Notes under the pieces: generated by a model
Told to the model about the DNA's origin: nothing
What the model saw: only the letters and a program-made list of their open reading frames with translations
Database searches by the model: none
Shown here: positions 1 to 13,200 of the stretch, piece by piece
How the letters are laid out: each line of letters opens with the position of its first letter
Position numbering within the stretch: the first letter of the stretch is position 1
Assembly: GCF_018350175.1 (NCBI RefSeq)
Contig: NC_058373.1
Coordinates: 110,548,001 to 110,612,000 of the forward strand
Length of the DNA: 64,000 bases
Origin: Felis catus
Lineage: Eukaryota
Direction of reading: 5' to 3'
Translations under genes and position numbers: made by a program

Positions 1-666
1 CATAAAGCTGCTCATATTCTCATGACTAAGAGGTGCCCAAAGCAAGAGGTGTTCAGACGGCTCTCCTACTGGCCGCCTTATCACTCACAGGCACTGGCGG
101 CTCTTGGCATTTACAGATGGTGGAAATGGGCTTCGCGGCCTGTCTTCTGAGGGAGCCATCTGATAATATCTAAGCCCCTCCAAGGACATGGACTTGGCTA
201 TATCCACAAAAAGCCCCTTTATGTTTAGACTGTTTTTAAGTGAGTCCCATCTTCCCTCTAAATAGTGACGCTGGCAGCCAGCCAAGCAAACCATTAAGCT
301 GAGACAGAGGTCAGGGCCTTCTTGAAAGGCACATGCTGGGTGGGACTAGCACAGAGTAGGAGAGAAGGGGAGGAGAAAGGTAGGTCTGCCCTGGACTGCC
401 TCCGGGTAACAGAGAAACTAGGTTAGGACTAGCTTATCTTCAACTCCAACCTGAACTTTGTGTGTTCCTGAATTCCTACTGGTTAGAAATTACACTTTTT
501 ATCCTATTATTTTAATACCTTTTCTTTAGCACACGTACATGAAGACAGTGTGCTAGTTTTCAGAAATTACTTGAAGAAGTATTAAATTCCTAGCCTTCTT
601 AAATTCTAGAAGCTGGTCTTACAACTTGAGAAATAAGAGCCCCCTCTCTTAAAATCGGTGTTTCTT

Positions 667-894
667 TTCTTTGTTTGTTTGTTTGTTTAAATGTTTATTC
701 CTTTTGAGAGAGACAGAGTGTGGGTGGGGGAGAGGCAGAGAGGGGGCGACACAGAATCCGTAGCAGGCTCCAGGCTGTCAGCACAGAGCCTGCCGCGGGG
801 CTCAAATCCACGAACTGGGAGATCATGGCCTGAGCTGAAGTCAGATGCTTAACTGACTGACCACCCCCCCCCCCCCCCCCCCCCCGGGCGCTCC
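667..894 (-). mobile_element. CAN-SINE (carnivore tRNA-derived SINE) with a C22 run in its 5' region
   Basis: Typical body and (CT)n/A tail on the minus strand; TSD about TAAAATCrGTGTT. Confidence 0.9.
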
Positions 895-925
895 TAAAAT
901 CAGTGTTCTTCATGTAGCTATCATA

Positions 926-1353
926 CAGCAGTTCTCAAGCATTTTAGTCTCAGAACTTCTTTACACTTAAAATTCTTGAGGCGCTGAAAGAACTTTTGTT
1001 TCGGTAGTTATATCGGTATTGACTATGTTGGGAATTGAAGATGAGTTACATTTTAACAAAAACAATTCTTTTCATGAAAAGTTGTTATATTTCCCCAAAC
1101 AAAATGTAAGCATCGTACAGTTTTCAGGTCTCTTCAGTATCTGGCCTAATTGAAGACTACTGGATTTTCATGTTCTGCACGGAATCAGTTGTGTTAGCAC
1201 ATGTCATGTATTCTTTGCATAAGTCCATTGTACCCTCAGTGAGAGAATGAGTGTGAAAAGGGCCGTGATATTTTAGAGTTACTATGGAAATAGTCTTGAC
1301 CTCATGGCCCTGTGAAAGGATTCGGTCCCCAGACCACTCTGTGAGAACCACTG
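926..1353. mobile_element. hAT-Charlie (Charlie1-like) DNA transposon relic
   Basis: Termini cagcagttctca...tgagaaccactg and internal motifs resembling Charlie1. Confidence 0.6.
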
Positions 1354-2419
1354 CCATAACACAACCCCAGGACACCTCTCCAGTGTCACTGGTCCCCCAG
1401 GTACCAAAAGCACTCCTAGCCCACGAATGCAGGTTGGACTCCTTTTATCTTCCCAGTTATAACCAATGTGTTTTCCTCTTGCACCCCTCACACCGTTGCA
1501 CCTTCTTTCCTCCTGCCCTCATGGTCTGAAACATAATGCCAGACACTTAACTCAGGCAGCAGTGAGAGGAGAGCCTCGTACGTAGCCTCACTTCTGTCAA
1601 GGAGCCAGACATGCTGCTCACAGTCCCTCATGGAGCTACATGTCAGCCCCAGAACACGGTGGCTCAGGTCCCTGCTTGCTGCCCTGCCTCTCTGGCCCCC
1701 TTTGGAGACAGAGGAATGGGAGTGGACCACTCTGGGTGGCTGAAGCCTTGTAAGGCATGCCCATTGTCCACAGTGGAGTCCCTGGGATGAGCACCTTTAC
1801 CTCAGTGCGCGTCCCTGTGGATGCGGCAGAAGCCAAGCCACCGGCCACCTCCGTAACAGTGAACTCACCACTTAAGTATTCTGACACCTTGAAATATACT
1901 CTGATGGAGGGAGAAAATCCTGGGCTGTGTCCCTCCTGTTTTATCGCTCATGCTCCCTAGTTCAGCCCCACAAACTTGCGCGTTGGCTCCGTGGACCAGG
2001 TCAGGAGCCCATTGCAGGGCCCGTCACAGACTCCTCTGGGGGACATTCAGGGTGGCCTTTCTGACCACTGCCTTTTTCCATACGTGCACCTTTACTTCCG
2101 CCCCCACTGCTGTGTGCTTTGCTCACTGAGGTTATGGCCCTTGCCTAGAACACATCCCTTTCCCCACCGCCTTCACAGATCTGCCCTCACGTCCCTCATT
2201 CAGGCCATAGAGGTTTCCCACAATGCTCAAACCAGACATTTTTGTTGTTGGTCATATGCCCTAAATCCCTTGGACAGGAAACAACCTTATCCTGCTGTAA
2301 ACCACCCCTCCCCCGCCAGTATGCAGCTTCTGGCCTTTTACACATGGCAAGGCATCACTTTAAGCTAAAACCGGATTGTAAGTAAAAAATGCCTCTGACT
2401 TTGCCTGCTTTCCTTCCAG

Positions 2420-2461
2420 GTTACTGCTGGACTGCCTCTTCCCAAGGCTTACATAGAGGAG
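2420..2461 (+). CDS. MTHFD1: MTHFD1 (C1-tetrahydrofolate synthase) internal coding exon, human exon 22 equivalent, VTAGLPLPKAYIEE
   Basis: ttccttccag acceptor and gtaact donor; 42 nt, phase 0/0; peptide matches the formyl-THF synthetase domain of MTHFD1. Confidence 0.93.
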
Positions 2462-2636
2462 GTAACTTCAGTCATTTTAACCACTTGTCCTAGAGAATAC
2501 GCAGAATCAGCGTCTCTCAGCCTGTTTGGAAACGAGGGGGGTGGGTATGGCTCCTGTGGACAGGGGCACTAAGAGGCCTGCTGTGTGCTGAAGAATCTTA
2601 TCGAATAAAGTAGGGAAGAAGTGCTTCTAGTGAAAC

Positions 2637-2856
2637 CAGTGGTTGGTTCTCCATCGGGAGCAGTTTTGCCCCCCCGGGGGACATTTGGCAATGTCTAGAG
2701 ACCTATTTTTGGTTGTTTCCACTTCAGGTAGAAAGTGCTGCTGGCACTGAGTAAAGGCCAAGGCTGCCTCTAAACACCCTGTGGTGCACAGGTCAGCCCC
2801 ACGGCGAAGAATCATTTGGCCCCAAATGTCAGAGGTGGTGAGGTGGAGAAACCCTG
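2637..2856 (+). mobile_element. MER20 (hAT-Charlie MITE)
   Basis: cagtggtt...ggggacatttggcaatgtctagagac...gagaaaccctg matches the MER20 consensus as recalled. Confidence 0.8.
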
Positions 2857-4743
2857 CCCTGTAGACTAATGACGTTTCTTTCCACTGCCTTAGCGCATCG
2901 GCTGCTTCCTTACCAAATGCCATCTGAGTCTGGAACAAGTAGGGACTTTTTGTGAAATGTCTCTTCCTCTGCGTATTTAAATCCACCTTAAAGGGGCACT
3001 ATGCAGTCAGGATCCTGGTTATACTTTTCTAGGTAAAGTTTCCCTAAGCTGATTTGGTCTCTAGCTGTCAAGTGGGAGCTCAAAGAAGAACTGTGACCTT
3101 GAGCCTTTTCCTCTTTATATCATTTACTACCCAAATCCCTGGAGGCTGTTGGGGTGGTTCTGTGAGAGACAGACCCTCACATGAGACGGGAAGGTCAGCC
3201 GCTGCCACTGTGAATTCAATTCTTCTGCCTTTTTTGGAGGCTTTTGAAGTTGTCAAGCAATCGAGTGCCACTGTTCAAGCCCTAAACGAAGTATTTCAGA
3301 AGCGGCTAGAAGAGAATTGTTAGTGCCTTGAGCCTGCCTGTCTTCTGAGTTATGATTTGCCTTTTATGGTCATTTGTCTGATTCACGCGTAGGAGGGGAA
3401 TTCACAGTTCTGGCCCTCCTGCCACCCCACAGCCTTTCCTGTGTCTAATTAGAGTGACTGCCCCTCACTGGCCCAGCTGGTGTCTTCATTTACGAAATTC
3501 TACTTTTCAGAAACTGTTCTCAATCGGTCTTACATATTAATTGGTTTCCATGTGACTAGAGGTAAAGAATTAGCAGTGCTCTGTAGAACATCAACTCAAT
3601 CCTAATTTTAGTTTTCAACTATTAAAGGAGAAAAAAGCCTAAGTCATGTTTATAACTGTAATTGTTTTCTACCTTTATCTTGCCCCCTTTTTCTGCTCTT
3701 TCATTGAATCCACAAACCAAGGGCTGTTACTGCTGGGTTTGCTCATGAGCCAGTGTATGTATTTTTACGTAAAACTATTACATTTTTATCTTAAAGATAT
3801 CTAATGTATTTTAAGCTTATAACGGTAGCATCCTTTTTGTAAAAGAAAGTTAAGCAATGTAAGGATATAATACACAAATATGAGTCCCCTGAACAGTTTG
3901 GTGTATATTTTTCAACATTTAAAACATTTCGTGAATATGTACACGTATTTTTGTATTTGTCCAAAAGTGGAATTAATGAAGTTGTCCATAGTTTTATAAC
4001 TTTGGCACACTTTAGTACATCTTTGACAGTTTCCATGTTAATGCGGATTATCTCACTTTTCATGGCATCTGCATGATATTTAATAGAGGGTGTATGTCAT
4101 AACTCACTGGCGCAGTCCCCCATCGAAGGAGGTTTGTGTTTGCAGTCTTCCAAGGCTGCAAGTAGAGCTGCCATTAACATTTAACATATTTAAAGGTATG
4201 TTTCCTTAATTACTTTCCTTTAAACGTCATAGTATTTGGTTATTAAAGGTGGCATCTATCTCCTTTGCCCCGAGTGAAGGTACACGGTTGAGCTCATTAG
4301 AACCTTTGAAAGCCTCACTGATCACTTCGTGTTTTCTGACGGCACGTGTGGTGGCTGTGTAATGAACCCCAGGCACCGTGCTAGGCTCTGTCTCCTGTGC
4401 AAGATGCTGAGTAGAGTTTGTACCATTGTACCACATGAGTACATGACATCTATAAACACAAGTCTATAAATATAATTTACTTAAGAGCAACTGATTCTCT
4501 GCAAACAGCAAATATGCTATTAAGATGTGGTGTGATGACAGCAGCTATGCCCACTCTCATGCTTTCAAGACAGCCAGGAGACGAGCCTGACGCCACTCCA
4601 GTGTTACAGGCTGGCCCAGGGTTATGGCTCCCTAGCGCCCCCTCACCACGGTGTGCGAAATGCATCGGCAGATCTGCCCTTGGCTTGTTCTAAGTGGCTG
4701 GCTGCTGGTTCAAGGAGTTCTTTTAAGAAGAACCTGCAGCTGA

Positions 4744-4875
<132 letters not shown>

Positions 4876-5394
4876 TAAGTACAAAGAGTAGGAGTCAACG
4901 GGACTGTGGAAAATGGTCAGAAAACATCTCCTGGAGCTGACTGTATAGCACTGCTTTTAGCTTTGTTTTGTTCTCCAGCTACTGGTATTGGTTATTAAGC
5001 CTGTGTTCTAGCAGCCAATAATGAGAGCCTGTGGTGTGAGCTACACCACAGACGCCACAGCAAACTCGTCACTCCTGCCACTGGAGGTCCAGGGTCAGAT
5101 TTGGCTCCCATGGGTCCCCTTCTCTACTGGGTGAAGTGGGTGACACATAGGCCTGAAGTTAAATGTTCTTTGTGCTCTCTAGAGGACTTTTGTGCTAACA
5201 GAAGGTCATAGCCCTACAGAGTTCTATTATTTTAGGAGGTCTGGTGGGACATTATCTTGACAAAGAGTCGACCGTATTGAGCTAGAAGTGTTCGTGCAAG
5301 AGGCAACTTGTGTAGGCTGTGTAGGTATTGTAGTGCTAGCTTTGGTCTTGTTATAATGGCCTAACCACAACAGAATGGGAGGAAACGTTTTTAA

Positions 5395-5605
5395 AAAGCT
5401 AGTATTTATTGATTCCTGTGATGTGCCTGGAATGTTCTAAGTATTTTGCATGTGTTTGTCAACTAAGCCTGATGACATCCCAATGAAATAAGTGCTATGA
5501 TTAGTCCCATGGTACCACATGGAAACCAAAGCACATAAGGATTAAATAACTAGCCAGGAGTCCACCCAGATGGTAACTGATGGAGCCGGGATTCAAACCC
5601 AGTCA
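5395..5605 (-). mobile_element. MIR relic
   Basis: tatttattga...tgtgcctgg...ctaagt...ggagccgggattcaaaccc core pattern. Confidence 0.65.
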
Positions 5606-5704
5606 GTATTACTTGATTAGTTTCCATTTATCGGTGAGTAGCTCAAAAGAGTTTGTCCTCTCTAACTGTCATCAGTGCTTTAACACGAAGCGCTGCCTTT
5701 ACAG

Positions 5705-5882
5705 GACAGATACGGAAGCTGAGCTGGACCTCGTCAGCCGCCTCGCCAAAGAACACGGGGCTTTCGATGCTGTGAAATGCACTCACTGGGCAGAAGGGGG
5801 CAAGGGCGCCTTAGCCCTAGCTCAGGCCGTCCAGAGAGCAGCTCAGGCACCCAGCAGCTTCCAGCTCCTCTATGACCTCAAG
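5705..5882 (+). CDS. MTHFD1: MTHFD1 coding exon (exon 24 equivalent), [10 protein letters not shown]...[11 protein letters not shown]...LLYDLK
   Basis: ctttacag acceptor and gtgggt donor; 178 nt; contains the [14 protein letters not shown] motif; lies inside ORF 5580..5900. Confidence 0.97.
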
Positions 5883-7898
5883 GTGGGTTACTTGCTATAA
5901 GACAAAACAAAAACAAAAAGGAAAAAAAAAGCACAGTGAGGTTTCTGTGTGGCTGCCTCTCTTTAGAGCCCATGTTTAGCGTCTTTAGCCTTGTGAGTTT
6001 GATTCCCACGTAGGTGAGTTACACAACCACAGCCTGGGCTTTCAACCCTAGACAGCTTTCTTACCAGTGCATGTTTCTGCTTATTTACAGAGGAGCAGGT
6101 CCAGGCAAGAACACTCTGGGAGGTTGGCTCCCGACCTAACTTTTGGGAAGGCTCATGGTACCTTCTCTCTGCTGGCAGGAGAAAGGGTTAAATGTAGAAC
6201 CAGTAGTGTAATTCACTACAGCCTTTAACCCAAGGCACCAGCCATGTTAGTGCAAATCGGCAGGGAGCTCCATCATGCTCAGAAAAGCTTTTTGACCGCT
6301 TCCCAGTACCAGGGGAAAGCTGCGTGCTCCCAAGCTCACCTCCTGGTTTGGGGCTGCCTCACGTGCAGAGAAGCTCTAGTGCAAAGCCAAAGCATCCCGG
6401 CAGGCTTTAGTATTCTTTTCATCACTGAGTAACTGCTTATTCTGTGTTGCGATAAAGTGAGTTCAGAGAAACGTTGTTCTTATAGTAGGGTTGTATTTTG
6501 TTTTCAGCTCTCTGTCCATGTATTTCAGGATGTGATTAGACATTAAGCAGCATGCTCACGACACCTGGAAACTTTGTTAGGAGCATGGGATGGATGTGGT
6601 AGTTAATTCTGCTTATATTTTCCAGGCTGGTTCTGGCTTGGTTTTTAAAATATAGTCATAGACTTTGAAAAATAGCCATAAAAAGGTAGAGGGAAGAAAC
6701 CCAAGTATTCTTGAGTTTTTAACATTCTCTTGTTTCTGTTTGCCCTTTGCAGATAAAATACACTGACATTTCATTGGCATTGTCCTATTGACATTGACAT
6801 TTTCCCATTAGGCTTTAGTTTTATAGACTGGTTTGAAAATCTGTTCAACCAATCATATTTTCAGGAAATGCCGTAAATGCCAATCTGTACACACATGCAA
6901 AGAAAGCATTTATAGGGCCTCTCTCTAAGCTCCATCCTCAGTACCTGAGTTAGGAACCCCCAGTCCTTGAAGACCAGCAGGAGGCCCAGAAGAAGTTGAG
7001 TGATAAAGACTTTATCACTCGTGTCTACTTGGAATTTTCTCTGTTCTGATAAACTGGAGTCTGCCGCTTTTTGTCTTATTTAGCATCTGTTAGCCTTCAG
7101 TCACCCCTCAACGAAAGTACTTTCACTTCAGAAGCTCTGAATGTGCCTCAGCATTTATAAAGCTCCAATGATAAGACACGTGGGAAAGCGATCTCTGTCG
7201 TGTCTGTATACAACCGTGATTGAATAGTCCCCTTATTTTTGTCCATTATATAAAGCCTCTCCTTAAATTGGCACTGTGTAGCTCCAAAGGAAATTTTTAT
7301 CTTTATAGATTATTGCTCCTTTCAGAAAACAACATTTGCCCGATGTGTCCTGTTAGCCTTAGTTGCCAGGGAGCATAGTCAGGTTATTGCCTAATTTTAG
7401 TACTTTGCTCATCCAAGGAGCTTTCCTTCCCATTTCCTCTAGGCAGTCTCTCCTTAACGCGGTTTGCATTTCATTCCCCAGCAGAGCAGCCCCGTGGAGG
7501 GGGAGGCTCTCACTGGGTGAGAGACCACTGGCCTCCGTGCCTGGCACTGTTTGTTTCAGGTGCCACACAAGTCATGGCCTTTTGCAGCACGCCTGGTGCA
7601 TGTTGTCGTGTAAGTCACTGGGGTGTTTTTTTAATACGTAGGTGATTTTGTTTTTATGGCTATTTCTAAGCAACAGTGGTTTGCAGTCACTGTCTTATGT
7701 TAAAAATAGTATCTGCCTCTCACATAACAAACCGGGAGTTGTTGGATGGATGCTGGTTGTCTTTCGTCAGGAGTATCCCAGGTCTGGTTTGACATGAGTC
7801 TGATCTCCAATATTAGAACACTACTTTGTATTTATGAAGAAATAATTATTCTTGGGTAGTCAGCAGTATTGTTTATGACGTACCTAAGGAGGTCCTGA

Positions 7899-7926
7899 AT
7901 ACACATGCACACGTGCGCACGCGCAT

Positions 7927-7965
<39 letters not shown>
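7899..7965. repeat. (CA)n microsatellite with a CG-containing alternating purine-pyrimidine extension
   Basis: Read directly from the sequence. Confidence 0.95.
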
Positions 7966-7969
<4 letters not shown>

Positions 7970-8187
7970 CTTTACCTCTGTGGGACGTTTTCCACGTATA
8001 AAATCTGGAGCTTGGTATTAAAAGAAAATGTTTGTAACCCACATGCACCTCAAACTATTTGTGTATCTGTATGTGTATGTGAAAGCATCTTCTCGCCCTT
8101 GTGGGAACTCGGACCTAGACTGTGGCCCAGTTCAGCATCATCATGTGTGTCCAGTCATGGCATCTCCCCCTCTTTCCTGTGCATTAG

Positions 8188-8478
<291 letters not shown>

Positions 8479-8743
8479 TGAACGTGTAGAAAAGCCATAG
8501 AGAAATAGGAAGTGTCTTCCTCAAATACTGAGAGCCTGCCTTCAGTTGTGTCCTCACATCTGCTCCAAACTATCATTTTTAATAGGTTGTATGGATGAAA
8601 ATAAAATACTTTTGGAATATGGTTGTGGATGCTTACCTCCCTCACCCAACAGTGATTCTTTTTTGGGGGGGTGGGGGGGGTCTAGAATACAGAGCTTGAG
8701 GTCAGTGAGGTAGAGGTGTATGTAAAGGAAATTAGATGTTTTA

Positions 8744-8955
8744 TTGTTTTTTATTTTTTTAATATTTATTTTTGAGAGAGAGAGACAGAGTACGAGCAGG
8801 GGAGGGACAGAAAGAGAAGGAGACAGCATTTGAGGCAGGCTTCAGGCGCTGGGCTGTGAGCACAGAGCCCCACATGAGGCTTGAACTCATGAACCACGAG
8901 AATATGGCCTGAGCTGAAGTCGGAGGCTTAATCGAGTAAACCACCCAGGTGCCCC
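8744..8955 (-). mobile_element. CAN-SINE
   Basis: Full body; TSD aattagatgtttta. Confidence 0.92.
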
Positions 8956-8983
8956 AGGAATTAGATGTTTTAAGTAAATTTAA

Positions 8984-9268
<285 letters not shown>

Positions 9269-10952
9269 TGAAATTGATCACTGAAGCTATCAAGCACGTG
9301 CCAGCTGAGCAGAGTCCATGGCTGACGAGCAAGCTGGCGTCGGGCCTGTTAGGATTAATCCTCTTGCTGTGGATCATCCTGGTGTCCTTTCAAGGGTGAA
9401 GCCATGACTACTTGTGATGAGTAACAGTTCTGTTTCCCAGGGGCGGTATGACCTTGACTGAATCCAGGACAGGCCTAATCGATAGTCTGTGATAGTGCTA
9501 ATGTATCATCACAACTGACATTCATTGGGTACCTTTCACAGATTAACTCAGTCCGGCCAACAGTAGGGGGGTAGGGGGTAGGGACAGAGGCTCCGACCTT
9601 TCCTGATCATCTTGACAGGCCTGCAAGGAATTGGTTGTTTCTGAGTAAAGAATTCCCCCCTTAAAATGCGATTGAACCCTTTAGACTTGGAAAATGAGGT
9701 TGCTTATTTCTGCTTCAAGATGAATTATCAAATGCTTCCTTATGACTTCGTGGATATTAAAGAAGGAGCTTTGCTGACAAGGGAGGGAGAGTGCTGAAGG
9801 GCACACTCACAGTTTGCACTGACCTTCCCAGGTTAATGCTGATCCTGTGCCTAGGTTTGCCCCTTTGATCCACCCAGTGTCCTATACCTGCAGCTAGTCC
9901 TTACCTGCAGTGCAGGATCGAAATAGTAAACTGAGCCAATTTATAATGGAAAAGAAACCAACAGATCTCCTGCTGGAGCTGGGTTACTCTTTCAGGATAG
10001 ATAGAAAGAAAGTGGTAAGAGGTAGCATTATAAGTCTGAAGTGTGTAACTTTAAAGCCACATCCAGTTTTCACTGCTGGTTTTGGCCTTGGGCAAGTTAT
10101 TAAAGATGTGTGCCCTGCTCCACTCAGCTCTCAGCGTGGGGCAAGCTGGTGCCCCTTCAGCCACTGCAGAGAGCAGGAGGTTCAGCTTTGGGACGACGTT
10201 CTTCGGTCCTGGGGATTTAGAGAAGTTACCTTTCGATAGGAATGTTAAACCATTGGCCTGGCATCTTGACTGTCACAGAAACGGGTGTTATTCTCTCTGG
10301 AGACACTGTCAGCAGCCGCCAGCTGGAATAGGAGGAGCTGCACTGGGCACTCGCTTTTGATGTGCGTGCAGGGGGTTGGCCATCGAGGGGAAGGCAAAAC
10401 TGACAGGTCCGGCCTGAGTTTGCCAGTAGCATGTCTGCATCAATGGGCACAAGTCCGTCACCTTCACTGTCACCTCCAGGCTTTTCTGCTAGGTCTGAGG
10501 ACCAATCCCTTCTTTCCCCCTTCTTGTCCACACACCCACCAGTTGCTTACAGAGTTCCAGAATAGACACTGATAGCAGGTCCCTAGAGAATGTTCTGGGA
10601 AGTTATCGTTAAGTTGTGGAAGTTCAGCTTAAACTCTTTTCCTGTCTGGATCTGATTTGGAACTTGTACATATTCATTATACAAGATACTGTTACAGGTG
10701 AAAGTTTACTTACAAGCCTTAAGGATTTGTCGCTAGGTAGATTTTTGTCAAAGCCAGGTCTTTAGAAGAGAAGGAAGTACAAATATAATCCATAGGCATT
10801 ACGAGCTCAGTTTTAGAAGGCCAAACTGGACCCCTAAGAACAGTGATTGTAAAACTGTTTGAATTTTGTACAGAAATGTCTTGGCCCAAGTTAACGGATA
10901 CTAATTCCTAATGTGCTGCTGAAGCAGAATGATACGGGCATCAACACAAGAC

Positions 10953-11156
10953 TTTTTTTTTTTTTTTTAATGTTTATATTTATTTTTGAGACAGAGACAG
11001 AGCATGAGCAGGGGAGGGGCAGAGAGAGAGGGAGACACAGAATCCGAAGCAGGCTCCAGGCTCCAAGCTGTCAGCACAGAGCCTGATGTGGGGCTCGAAC
11101 CCATGAACCGCGAGTTCATGACCTGAGCCAAAGTCGGATAGCCACCCAGGCACCCC
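10953..11156 (-). mobile_element. CAN-SINE with a small internal deletion near the A box
   Basis: Poly-T tail and gagacagag...gccacccaggcacccc. Confidence 0.92.
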
Positions 11157-11548
11157 GACCCCAGACTTATTAAAACAAATTAAAACAAAATTAAAAGGCA
11201 GACAAACCCTGTACCTCTCTTTGGTCTTATGAGGGCTGAGGAGGGGGGAGGAGACTCCTCAGCATCCCCACACCTGCCTTAGAGAATGTAGGCGGAAGGC
11301 CTTCCTTGCTACTTCTTGTTGCAGTGGTCAATGTGGAAGATGGTAGTGAAGCCCAGTGTTGGCTTGCTGAAGACTCGCTGGTCTCTCTGAGGCCATAACA
11401 GGATCGGTGACTTGGTGTGTAACAAGAAGAGTGCCCCTTTATTGACAACTGTAAAATAATATTCTGTTTTTGTGCCTTGGGCTTTTTATCTGAAGGGAAG
11501 GTGGAAACGAAGATCACTTTATTTTTACTGCTATTTCACATCTCCTAG

Positions 11549-11638
11549 ATGAGCACAATGCCTGGACTCCCCACCCGGCCCTGTTTCTATGATATTGATT
11601 TGGACCCTGAAACTGGACAGGTGAATGGGTTGTTCTAA
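11549..11638 (+). CDS. MTHFD1: MTHFD1 last coding exon (exon 27 equivalent), MSTMPGLPTRPCFYDIDLDPETGQVNGLF*
   Basis: ctcctag acceptor; TAA at 11636-11638, then 4 nt of UTR and a gtaagt donor after 11642; TMPGLP motif and NGLF C-terminus. Confidence 0.97.
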   Translation: MSTMPGLPTRPCFYDIDLDPETGQVNGLF

Positions 11639-12944
11639 ACAGGTAAGTTGTTAACTGTGAGAGTTTTGCTTTTTTTTCCTTACAAGGCACAGTTGTGAAT
11701 TATGGGACTCAAGCTAACGCTCTGAAAATGCCAGTTGTGATACTTTCAGAACTTCTCTTTCCAAACATCACTGAGGGGAGAGTTGCAGTGACCAATGAAG
11801 GAAATATCTCAACACATTTTTGGAAGAAGAGCGTGGCTGGTTCAGGGGCAATGTAGGGGAGAAAGCCACCGTCTCGTGAACTCTGGAGGGACTGGCGCGG
11901 AGGCTGTGTTCTGAGTTGTTGGCACCCTGGAAGGCAGGTGCCACTAGGGGTCTGTGTACTCTGAGTAGATGGTGGGCAGGAGTTGAGTAAATGTTCCAGA
12001 ATGTAGAAAAGAAGAGGAAAGAGTCTAGGACTTCATGGGGTCTTAAGTGAAAGGCTCCCAAGTACTCGTCACAATGAATGAGCCTTCCCTAGATACATCT
12101 AGTTGAAATTTCAAAAACATCAAAGATGTAATCCTAAAAAGCCTTTTCCAGAAAAGAAAAAATGGTTTGTCTATGAGAAAATAGGAATCAGACTGAAGAC
12201 TTGTCTTCTTATCAGCAGTAAGGGACTTTTCGACAATGGAAGAATAGACTCCCAAGTTCACGGGGAAAGCTGTGCTTAACACCCCACCAAATGTATCCAG
12301 ATGTTTTCAGACACGTCCAGCTGTGCCACCCCACCTCCCTTCCTAGGAAGGTGTTTAGCAGTGTCCTCCAGCAAAACGGGGAATAAACTAAGAAAAGGGA
12401 AGACCTGGTTTTCAGGAAACCGAGTCCTGATCTGGGCGGTTACGAAGGGGAATCCTGACAGCTGCAAGTGACCTAGAGTTACAAGTCTAGGAATTAAGCA
12501 ACACTAACTAGAAGGAGCCATTGAAGACAAGGGTGTCAGAGGGTAATAATGCAGAATGAAAATTCTCAGGTTGTTTAAGAAAGTAAAGGTCCAGGTGATG
12601 GCAGAGTATAGTCCTCTTCCCAGCAGCCACAAGGATGGGTGCTTACACAAGTCCCTGCAGAGGGAGCAGAGACGGTGTGCTCCATGCCTGGGGGACTTAT
12701 GTGACACTGGAGGTGTCCCCCTGGCTCACTCCCGGCCCGAACAGTGTTCACATAGCCATAGTGGAAGAGTGGCATGCATTGTGTTCAGGTCCGTGGGCAA
12801 ACCCTGCCCTCCTGGAGTTGGTTGTGGGAAGGATGGAAACGTTAACAGCTTTGGCAGAGCAAAAGGAGGATGCTGCAGGGTGGGGGTGGGGGTGTGTTTC
12901 AGCTCGTAGAGGAACGTTTACTTCTCATGTCCTTTTCCTTCTAG

Positions 12945-13200
12945 ATTTCCCCTCTTCGAGAAGCCGCTCTGAACATTTGGCCAGTGTCTATTCAGGCCGA
13001 CTGTTGGTTAGGAAGTGTGGGGAAGGTGGAGAGGAGTCAGCCCCTGCCCTGAAGATCTTCTGAAAGAAAGAGCAGAAGTTTCCCCAGGAGCCTTTCTTCA
13101 GTCTTAATTCCCACCACCATGTATAAATTAACATAAATCATGCACAAGTCAACTTACTTGATTGAAGTTCCACAGAATAAAAGGAAATGATTTTGCAATC
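12945..13200 (+). other. MTHFD1: MTHFD1 terminal 3'UTR exon (exon 28 equivalent); end approximate
   Basis: ccttttccttctag acceptor; AATAAA at 13176-13181; sequence resembles the human MTHFD1 3'UTR as I recall it. Confidence 0.88.
13176..13181 (+). terminator. MTHFD1: MTHFD1 polyadenylation signal AATAAA
   Basis: Canonical hexamer at the end of the UTR exon, with TGTA upstream. Confidence 0.85.

Noticed and set aside
1636..2368. Intronic ORFs of 67-130 aa in MTHFD1
   Set aside because: No recognisable homology, no coherent splice or promoter context, and lengths compatible with chance
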